Shown here piece by piece: positions 1 through 7,260 of a DNA stretch of 64,000 nucleotides. Each line of letters begins with the position of its first letter. Within the stretch, counting starts at the first letter, position 1. A program made the position numbers and the translations under genes. The notes beneath the pieces were generated by a model, which did not search any database, was not told where the DNA came from, and saw only the letters and a list, made by a program, of their open reading frames with translations. Origin of the DNA: Candidatus Parcubacteria bacterium (GTDB lineage Bacteria > Patescibacteriota > Patescibacteriia > UBA1558 > GWA2-36-10); the NCBI GenBank assembly GCA_018669975.1, contig JABHSK010000007.1:64390-128389 (forward strand). Reading direction: 5' to 3'.

Positions 1-1
1 G

Positions 2-391
2 TGGTTAATAAACATTTTTATAGTTGTTACTACACTTTTTTGTATCTTTTTCTATAAAATTTTTGTATATAATGTGGCTCTAGTGCCAAAGCTGGTTGTG
101 TATTATGAAATATGGAGTTATTCCGCGTATTCTTTAGTGTTAACCATGTTAATGTTGTCAGGAGTTATTGTTTTATTTTCTAAGTTAAAAAAATCTGAAA
201 GCGTATTTAAATTTCAACTTAAGTTAATTTTAGTAGCAGTTATTATGGGGACTATAGCTGGTAGTTATTTTAATTTATTTTTGATGTATTTTCATAATTG
301 TGATTATAACCATTTAGGTCCGTTGTTCACTTTATTAATGAATTTTGCAGTTTTTTATTTAATAATGTCTCCAAAAATTATTAAAGAATAA
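2..391 (+). CDS. Stand-alone HisKA_7TM-type membrane sensor domain protein (5' truncated by window edge)
   Basis: Frame is open from position 2 (WLINIFIVVTT...). Hydrophobic helices. C-terminus LGPLFTLLMNFAVFYLIMSPK is paralogous to the next ORF. Confidence 0.7.
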   Translation, partial: WLINIFIVVTTLFCIFFYKIFVYNVALVPKLVVYYEIWSYSAYSLVLTMLMLSGVIVLFSKLKKSESVFKFQLKLILVAVIMGTIAGSYFNLFLMYFHNCDYNHLGPLFTLLMNFAVFYLIMSPKIIKE

Positions 392-393
392 TT

Positions 394-1083
394 ATGAATC
401 CCAATTTACAAAATTATATTTTATTGATAGCAGGGCTGATTAACCTGATAATGAGTATTTTTATTATTTCCCGAGGTTGGAAGAACAAGGTAAATTTATA
501 TTTTAGCTTATTAACTTTTTTTAATTTTTTATGGGCTGGTGGGTTATTTATATCTAGGTCAACTGCTGATGTGGGTATAACCTCATTATTTAGTAGGAGT
601 ACGTATGTTTCAGCTATAGCAATTATAATTTCGCTCCTTTATTTTGTCATTTATTTTCCTTATAAGAGTAAAGAATTGCATAGTTGGCAAAAAATAATTA
701 TTTGGGTACCAGCCATGCTTTTGTCCGTTATAATTTTTACAAATTATTTTATAGTAGAATTTATAACCGCTTATAGTGAATATGAATTTATATCTGTATT
801 TTATAAACCAATATTTTTGATATACGTACTATATTTTGTATCATTAGCCTCATTCTCTATTTATTATTTGTTGGATAAATATAAGGGTGCTGTAATTACT
901 TTTAGAAAGCAGACAGGCTTATTATTAATAACCATAATTATTGGTTTAATATTTGGTGCATATTTTGATCTATTTTTGATATACATGGGAGATTTTAGGT
1001 TTAATGGTTTGGGTCCATTATTTACAGTTTTTATGAATGCAGTAGTATTTTATTTAATATTTTCATCTAAGAAAGAAAAGTAA
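394..1083 (+). CDS. Stand-alone HisKA_7TM-type (histidine kinase N-terminal 7TM) membrane protein with no kinase domain
   Basis: About 7 hydrophobic helices. N..F...W, YFVIYFP and RKQ motifs are shared with the N-terminus of the kinase at 7261. Stop follows the last helix. Confidence 0.75.
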   Translation: MNPNLQNYILLIAGLINLIMSIFIISRGWKNKVNLYFSLLTFFNFLWAGGLFISRSTADVGITSLFSRSTYVSAIAIIISLLYFVIYFPYKSKELHSWQKIIIWVPAMLLSVIIFTNYFIVEFITAYSEYEFISVFYKPIFLIYVLYFVSLASFSIYYLLDKYKGAVITFRKQTGLLLITIIIGLIFGAYFDLFLIYMGDFRFNGLGPLFTVFMNAVVFYLIFSSKKEK

Positions 1084-1091
1084 TTTAATTC

Positions 1092-2078
1092 ATGTCTAAG
1101 GAAAAGAAAAAAATTGTTGTATTGTTTGCCGGCGGCACTTGTTTACTTGATAAACAAGGGCATATTTTGACTATAAAAGAAAAAACAGATATAGATAGTT
1201 GGCTGCAACAAATGCCAGAATTAAATATTTTAGCTGACATCAAGCCTATTTTAATATCTGGAGAAGATGAGATCATCACGTCGCAGATTTGGGAAAAACT
1301 AGCCTTAACTATCTTGGATAATTTTGTTGAAGCAGACGGTTTTGTAGTAGTTACCAAGATTGATCAATTGATTGAAACCTCTTTGGCCTTAGATTTTATG
1401 CTGCAGCATTTTCAAAAAACTATCATTACCACTTCTTCTTATGTTAGTGGTACTAGTTTTGTGGATAAAAAAGAGACAATCAATACTCTTAAATCTAAAT
1501 TTGGTGGTTTAGGGCTAAGAGCTAACTTAATTAATGCTTTGCAGGTAGCCGATCAACCATTGCCTGGACCAGCTTTGATGTTTGGCTCTCGTTTGATTCC
1601 GGCTATTACAACAATTTATCAGCAACCAGGAGATATTAATTTTTTTAGTAGCCTAGATGGTGTATATTGGGGTAAGGTAGATTTTGGTGTTAATGTAAAA
1701 TCTGGTTTATCCTATTCTAGTCATAAGTCCAAGATTTATAGAAAAATAGCAGCAGACGTCCTGGTGCTAGACGATATACCAGGGGTACCTTGGAATTTTG
1801 CTAAAGAGCAAGCGGTAAAATATAAAGCTATATTTATCAAAGTAAAACCATTTCAAGCCCTAGATACCGACAAGCAAAAGCAAATTGGCCAGTGGAAACA
1901 GCCAGTAGTATTGTATAATCAACAAACTGTCATGGACGCTAAAGGTGTGGTGGCTATTTCAGGTTGTACAGAGCAAGCGGCTATAGTCAAAACTATGTGG
2001 GCAGTTGCTCATCATGCCAAATTGGCAGACTTCAAAGTAGTGATGCAGCAAAATATAATTGGAGAGTTCATAAATTAA
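1092..2078 (+). CDS. Asparaginase/glutaminase-fold protein, probably catalytically degenerate
   Basis: IVVLFAGGT motif and DGFVVV strand present. HGTDT is replaced by TKIDQ. C-terminal AAIVKTMW...NIIGEF matches type I asparaginases. Confidence 0.7.
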   Translation: MSKEKKKIVVLFAGGTCLLDKQGHILTIKEKTDIDSWLQQMPELNILADIKPILISGEDEIITSQIWEKLALTILDNFVEADGFVVVTKIDQLIETSLALDFMLQHFQKTIITTSSYVSGTSFVDKKETINTLKSKFGGLGLRANLINALQVADQPLPGPALMFGSRLIPAITTIYQQPGDINFFSSLDGVYWGKVDFGVNVKSGLSYSSHKSKIYRKIAADVLVLDDIPGVPWNFAKEQAVKYKAIFIKVKPFQALDTDKQKQIGQWKQPVVLYNQQTVMDAKGVVAISGCTEQAAIVKTMWAVAHHAKLADFKVVMQQNIIGEFIN

Positions 2079-2089
2079 TTTGGTCCAAC

Positions 2090-2674
2090 ATGAAGATTTA
2101 TTTTTATTCAAGTAATGCCGAACAGGGTAACGATAGTAAACAAATTGTTTCTTGGTTGAAGAAGTCGGGCGTAAAAGTCATAGACCATTCTTTTGTAAGT
2201 GCAAAATCTCAGTCTAGTAGCAGTGATCAATCTTTATCAAAGGTTGATGCTTTAGTTGTACATGGTAGTAAAATGGATGCTAAAAGTGGCTATTGGACAG
2301 CTCTGGCCTTGTCACAAAATAAAGATGTTCTATGTTTATTACCCCAAGGATCAAAGGTTGACGAAGCGCTTAGTGGTTTGCAGACAGATAGTAATTTTGC
2401 CAAAAAATTACATGTTATCTTCTATCAACCAGCAGATTTGCAGGAAAAAATATTAAATTTTTTACGTTTGTTGGATCAGGATAATCTACGAGACCTTTTT
2501 AATATTAAATATACTTTGAGGGTATCACGTAAAATTAATGATTATCTTAATTGGAAGGCGGATAAATTAAGTGTGCGTAAGGCAGACTGGCTTAGAGATA
2601 GGATTCAGGATATAATAAAGGATGATAGTGGTTATCAAAAACACCTGGCAGAGAAGTATAAATTAAACAAGTAG
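2090..2674 (+). CDS. Nucleoside-deoxyribosyltransferase-like domain plus C-terminal ribbon-helix-helix (putative regulator)
   Basis: Start revised to ATG 2090 (MKIYFYSS). DALVV...GYWTALALSQNKDVLCL is NDT-like. KYTLRVSRKINDYLNWKA...KADWLRDRI is RHH-like. Confidence 0.6.
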   Translation: MKIYFYSSNAEQGNDSKQIVSWLKKSGVKVIDHSFVSAKSQSSSSDQSLSKVDALVVHGSKMDAKSGYWTALALSQNKDVLCLLPQGSKVDEALSGLQTDSNFAKKLHVIFYQPADLQEKILNFLRLLDQDNLRDLFNIKYTLRVSRKINDYLNWKADKLSVRKADWLRDRIQDIIKDDSGYQKHLAEKYKLNK

Positions 2675-2676
2675 CT

Positions 2677-3480
2677 ATGGTAAAAAAAGAGTGGCGACGA
2701 GATTTTAAAGTTATTCCTGGAGTAGCTGATAGGGCTCAGCCTTTTGAGATTATTACTGGTGACAAGCATGAGACGTTAGTTGTTATGGTCCATGGTTTTA
2801 CTGGTTCACCCTATATAATGAAGCATTTAGCAGAATTCTTAGCAGAAGCTGGCTTAGATGTCAAAGCAATTCTTTTGGCTGGCCACGGTAGAAGTCCGCA
2901 GGCTCTAGGTAAGACCAACCACCAAGATTGGTATCAGTCAGTGGATGAAGTGGTGACTGCCAATATAGATAAATATGAAAATATATTTTTAGTGGGGCAT
3001 TCTTTTGGGGCTAACATGTCTATTCATGCTGCTATAAAGTATCCAAAGATAAAAGGAATAATATCTTTAGGGGTGTCTATTAGTATTATTGATGAAATAT
3101 GGATTAGACTACTTTTGCCTCTAGCTAGAATTTTTAAAAAGCAGTATAAAAAAAGGTGGATTAAAAAAGAAACCGCAGAACGTTTGCATGCCACTGGTAG
3201 GTATACACATATTCCAATTAGAAATATCGTTCAGTTCTATAGTTTTATAGATAATTTCACTAAAAAAGAAATCCCCAAACTTAAGTGTCCTATTTTGGTG
3301 ATGCATTCACGTGAAGATGAGGTGTCACATCCTCGTGGTTCAGAATTTTTATTTAAGAGATTAACGATGGAGGATAAAGAGTTGTTTATCTTGGACAAGA
3401 ATAATCATGGACTATTACACAAGACTAGGCGTGATTTTGTTTTTAATAAAATTGTAAGATTTATTGAAAAACGTAGCTAG
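2677..3480 (+). CDS. Alpha/beta hydrolase, monoacylglycerol lipase/Est30-like carboxylesterase
   Basis: AQPF...VHGFTGSP...LAGHG, nucleophile GHSFG, acid in REDEV, His in NNHGL. Confidence 0.85.
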   Translation: MVKKEWRRDFKVIPGVADRAQPFEIITGDKHETLVVMVHGFTGSPYIMKHLAEFLAEAGLDVKAILLAGHGRSPQALGKTNHQDWYQSVDEVVTANIDKYENIFLVGHSFGANMSIHAAIKYPKIKGIISLGVSISIIDEIWIRLLLPLARIFKKQYKKRWIKKETAERLHATGRYTHIPIRNIVQFYSFIDNFTKKEIPKLKCPILVMHSREDEVSHPRGSEFLFKRLTMEDKELFILDKNNHGLLHKTRRDFVFNKIVRFIEKRS

Positions 3481-3543
3481 GGTATTTGGTCTTGATATTT
3501 TATCTAAAAAATGGTGTGGTTTGTTGTAGCACTGTTTTTTTTA

Positions 3544-3552
3544 TGGTAAAAT
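3544..3552 (+). promoter_or_regulatory. Extended -10 promoter element upstream of the acyl-CoA synthetase operon
   Basis: TGgTAAAAT in the 90-bp intergenic gap, 18 nt before ATG 3571. Confidence 0.4.
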
Positions 3553-3570
3553 TAAGCATATCTGTAATTT

Positions 3571-5277
3571 ATGCAAAAAACAGTTTTAGCTAAGTTTAGA
3601 AGAATTGTGGAGGGACATGGAGACAGCACAGCGCTGGCCTTTTTGGATAGAGGAAAATATAAAGAAATCAGCTATCAAGAGCTAGATCAGTACCGCAATA
3701 AGCTAGCTAGTTGGATGAAACAACATGGCTGGCAAAAGGGTGATAAATTTGCCTTGATGCTTGGCAATGGTCCAGAGTGGATTATAGCCGATTTAGCTGC
3801 CGCTAGTCTTGGTTTGGTAATAGTGCCAATCCATACAACATATAATGCAGAATATATTCGTAAGATAGTGGCGCATGCAGAGCTTAAATATTTGATTATT
3901 GATAGTGAATTATTTACTAAACATGAGGTAGTAATTGGTAGCTTGGATTTTCAGCAGATAGTTATTATCGGTCAGCATGATAAAGAGAACACTAAAGTTG
4001 TTTCCTGGCCAGACTTGGATAACATTGGTTCAGATACGGACGTAGAAGATGAGGTGTTAGAGGATGATTTACATACTATTATTTATACTTCTGGTACTAC
4101 TGGAGACCCCAAAGGTGTGATGTTGTCACATAAGAACTTAATGAGTAATGCAGAATCTGCCAAACATAATGTAACAATTACAGCAGAGGATAGATTCTTT
4201 TCTTTTTTACCCTTATCACATGCCTTTGAGCGTATGGCCGGCTATTATGCACCAATTATTACTGGGTCCAGCATTTATTTTGCCCAGAGTACCAAGACTA
4301 TTGTAGATGATATCAAATTAGCCAAGCCGACTATTATGTCTTCTGTGCCGCGTATTTTTGAAAGAATTTATGGAAAAGTTTTTGATAATATAGAAAATAG
4401 TAGTAAATTTAAGAAAAAATTGTTTTTCAAGGGGCTACAGCTAGCAGTACTGAAGCGTAAGGATTTGTTAAAATTTTGGCAGTGGGGTCAGTGGAAATTG
4501 TTGGATATGGTAGTTTTGAAAAAAGTACGGCAGGTATTGGGGGGAGATTTGCGCCTGGCTATATCGGGTGGGGCTTCGTTGGACCTCAAGGTGATTAAAT
4601 TTTTTGATAATTTAGGTGTCAAAGTTATCGAGGGTTATGGTATGACCGAGACATCGCCGATTATTGCAGTTAATAAAACAGATGATTATCGCTATGGCAC
4701 AGTAGGTTTTCCTGTTGATTGTAATGAAATAATTATTGATGAGCACAAGGAAATATTGGTTCGTGGAGAGAATGTTATGATGGGGTATTATAATAATCCA
4801 GACACGACTAAAGAAGTAATAGATAATAATGGTTGGCTACATACTGGTGACTTAGGGTTTATCGATAGAGAGGGCTTTCTTACTATTGTTGGTCGAGCTA
4901 AAGATGTAATAATATTATCAACTGGTAAGAATATATTTCCTGAGCAGATTGAGAATGTCCTTAATGAGAGTCGTTATATTACGCAAAGTATGATTTATGG
5001 CGATAAGGACAAGCATATCTCAGCTTTAATAGTGCCAAATTTTGAGCAAATTAAAAGATGGTGTGCTAAGTATGGGCTACCCTTTGATTTAACAAATGAG
5101 AAAATATTAAATTTTTATCAGGATAAGATTGGGAGTAGATTAAAACATTTTGCCAAAGTAGAGCAAATAGATAATTTTACTTTGATAGATGAAGAATTTA
5201 GTCAGGAAAATGGTTTGTTAACCCCAACTTTAAAATTAAAGAGAAAAAAAATATTAAGTAGATATAAAATAGTATAG
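3571..5277 (+). CDS. fadD: Long-chain fatty acid-CoA ligase (AMP-binding, FadD15/FAA1-like)
   Basis: IIYTSGTTGDPKG, FLPLSHAFER, EGYGMTET, WLHTGDLG, GRAKD, LTPTLKLKR motifs. Confidence 0.9.
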   Translation: MQKTVLAKFRRIVEGHGDSTALAFLDRGKYKEISYQELDQYRNKLASWMKQHGWQKGDKFALMLGNGPEWIIADLAAASLGLVIVPIHTTYNAEYIRKIVAHAELKYLIIDSELFTKHEVVIGSLDFQQIVIIGQHDKENTKVVSWPDLDNIGSDTDVEDEVLEDDLHTIIYTSGTTGDPKGVMLSHKNLMSNAESAKHNVTITAEDRFFSFLPLSHAFERMAGYYAPIITGSSIYFAQSTKTIVDDIKLAKPTIMSSVPRIFERIYGKVFDNIENSSKFKKKLFFKGLQLAVLKRKDLLKFWQWGQWKLLDMVVLKKVRQVLGGDLRLAISGGASLDLKVIKFFDNLGVKVIEGYGMTETSPIIAVNKTDDYRYGTVGFPVDCNEIIIDEHKEILVRGENVMMGYYNNPDTTKEVIDNNGWLHTGDLGFIDREGFLTIVGRAKDVIILSTGKNIFPEQIENVLNESRYITQSMIYGDKDKHISALIVPNFEQIKRWCAKYGLPFDLTNEKILNFYQDKIGSRLKHFAKVEQIDNFTLIDEEFSQENGLLTPTLKLKRKKILSRYKIV

Positions 5278-5278
5278 T

Positions 5279-6487
5279 ATGGAAGAAATTAGAAGAATAC
5301 TTGAATATTTGGAAAAACATAACCTCTATCCAGATATGAGAATTATTCAGGGTGGTGCAGAACCTGAGGTAATAGTAGACGGTAAAAAAGTATTGATGTT
5401 TTCATCTAATAATTATTTGGGCTTAGCCACTCATCCAAAAGTGGTTAATGCTGCTATAGAGGCAACCAAGAAATATGGTGTAGGTGCAGATGGTTCACGA
5501 TTGTTGTCAGGAAATTTACAGGTTCATAGGGACTTCGAAATTGCTATAGCAAAATTTAAAGGTGGCGAGGATGCTATAGTTTGGCCTACGGGATATTCTG
5601 CTAATTTGGGTGTTATTACTGCAATAATGAATCCCCCAAAAATTGGACCGTTGGATTTTTTTAGACGTAAGGGTGTTATTTTAAGTGACTCATTAAATCA
5701 TGCTAGTATTGTTGATGCGTGTAAAATGAGTGGTCAAAAAGTTGTTGTTTATAAACATTGTAATACTGCTGATCTAGAGAAAAAATTAAAAAAATATAGC
5801 AAGAGAAAGAAGTTGGTTGTAACTGATGGCGTATTTAGTATGGATGGTGATGTTGCACCTCTTGATAAAATCACCCTCTTATGTAAGCGGTATGATGCTA
5901 TGTTGATGATTGATGAGGCTCATTCAACTGGGATGCAGGGTGAAAACGGTCATGGTACAGCAGAGCGTTTTGGCTTGGAGGCAGTTAAGGATATTGATAT
6001 TATCCTTGGAACATGTAGTAAGGCACTGGCTGCTACAGGTGGTTTTGTTGTGGGTAGTAAAGAGTTAATTAAATATCTTCGAATTGCGAGTCGTTCATAT
6101 ATTTTTTCAACCGCTATGACTCCTGCAGCCTCAGCTTCATTAATAGCCTCATTAAAAATTATTGAGAGTGAACCAGGAATTAGAGAAAAAATGTGGCAGA
6201 ATACAGAGTGCCTTAGGGCGGGTTTTAATAGTTTAGGATTTGATACATTATCTAGTGAAACTCAAATAATTCCAGTTTTAATTGGTCCTGATGATAAGGC
6301 TGTAGAATTCTCTCGTCGATTATTTAAAAGAGGGGTATATGCACCATGTGTTCGTTGGCCAGCTGTTGAAAAGGGAAAAGCGCGGATAAGATTTACGGTT
6401 ATGGCAACACACACGGTTGAACAAATTAATTTCTTACTTAAGACATGTGAGTCGATTGGTAGTGAGTTGAATTTACTAGTGAAATGA
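5279..6487 (+). CDS. PLP-dependent alpha-oxoamine synthase (BioF/Kbl/Spt/CqsA family)
   Basis: SNNYLGL, NHASIVD, DGVFSMDGD, DEAHS, GTCSK (PLP Lys), RIRFTV motifs. Confidence 0.9.
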   Translation: MEEIRRILEYLEKHNLYPDMRIIQGGAEPEVIVDGKKVLMFSSNNYLGLATHPKVVNAAIEATKKYGVGADGSRLLSGNLQVHRDFEIAIAKFKGGEDAIVWPTGYSANLGVITAIMNPPKIGPLDFFRRKGVILSDSLNHASIVDACKMSGQKVVVYKHCNTADLEKKLKKYSKRKKLVVTDGVFSMDGDVAPLDKITLLCKRYDAMLMIDEAHSTGMQGENGHGTAERFGLEAVKDIDIILGTCSKALAATGGFVVGSKELIKYLRIASRSYIFSTAMTPAASASLIASLKIIESEPGIREKMWQNTECLRAGFNSLGFDTLSSETQIIPVLIGPDDKAVEFSRRLFKRGVYAPCVRWPAVEKGKARIRFTVMATHTVEQINFLLKTCESIGSELNLLVK

Positions 6488-6504
6488 TTGTTGGTTAAAT
6501 AAAT

Positions 6505-7254
6505 ATGTTTATGTTAGACATCAATAATTATAATTATAATGGTAAAAATTTAAAATCACCGTTAACGTATAATAAACTTAAGGGGATAATGTTTTTTTTA
6601 CCAATTTCATATTCTCGTGCCTCTGATATAATAAGTGGGTTAGAGGTCGTGCCAATTCGTATTTTACCACAAAAAGCTTTGCTTGGTTTGACGGTTTTTG
6701 ATTTTATCGATTCTCCTGTGGGACCATATAGGGAGTTGGCGTTAACAATACCGGTAGCATTAAACAATTTGTATAAACCGAATATTATCCCTTTACTTTT
6801 TCCAAAAGCACTTAGTAAGCATTTTGCTTTATATACAATTATGTTAGGGATGAATACGTTACATGGGCAGAAACATGCAAGTGAGATTTTTGGATACCCT
6901 GTATATAAAAATTTGTTAGATATTGATTTTAATTTCGACGGTGGTGTTGTAAGTGTAAAAATTAAGGATAATGGTAGTGATGTGTTAATTTTTAAAATTA
7001 ACGTAAACAAAAATTTTAAGGAGCATGAAAGAGTTTATCAGACTATTTTTCGAGTTGGCGAGGATACTAGATTGGTAGATTTATCTGCTTCAACAGTTGA
7101 ATCTGCAACCTATATGGACCGTTTAAATAATCTTCAACTTGGTAAGTCTTCTATTGCAAATAAAATCAATAATCTAGAACCATCAATGTTTAGTTTGCAA
7201 ACAAGTTTTTATAAAAATGCCATTGAAACACTAACTAATTCAGAGAATATATAA
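6505..7254 (+). CDS. Acetoacetate decarboxylase-like fold protein
   Basis: FDFIDSPVGPYRELALTIPV and EIFGYP motifs. The Schiff-base Lys expected after GYP is absent. Confidence 0.65.
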   Translation: MFMLDINNYNYNGKNLKSPLTYNKLKGIMFFLPISYSRASDIISGLEVVPIRILPQKALLGLTVFDFIDSPVGPYRELALTIPVALNNLYKPNIIPLLFPKALSKHFALYTIMLGMNTLHGQKHASEIFGYPVYKNLLDIDFNFDGGVVSVKIKDNGSDVLIFKINVNKNFKEHERVYQTIFRVGEDTRLVDLSASTVESATYMDRLNNLQLGKSSIANKINNLEPSMFSLQTSFYKNAIETLTNSENI

Positions 7255-7260
7255 AATATA

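Noticed and set aside
1964-2089. Extended N-termini in the ORF track (also 10061, 25629, 31688, 39815, 43672, 52381, 60303)
   Set aside because: They overlap upstream genes or regulatory hairpins. Downstream ATGs fit operon spacing and domain starts better.
5279-6487. Annotation as bioF (biotin synthesis) or cqsA
   Set aside because: Family membership is clear, but there are no other bio genes in the window and the specific subfamily cannot be assigned by eye. No gene symbol given.
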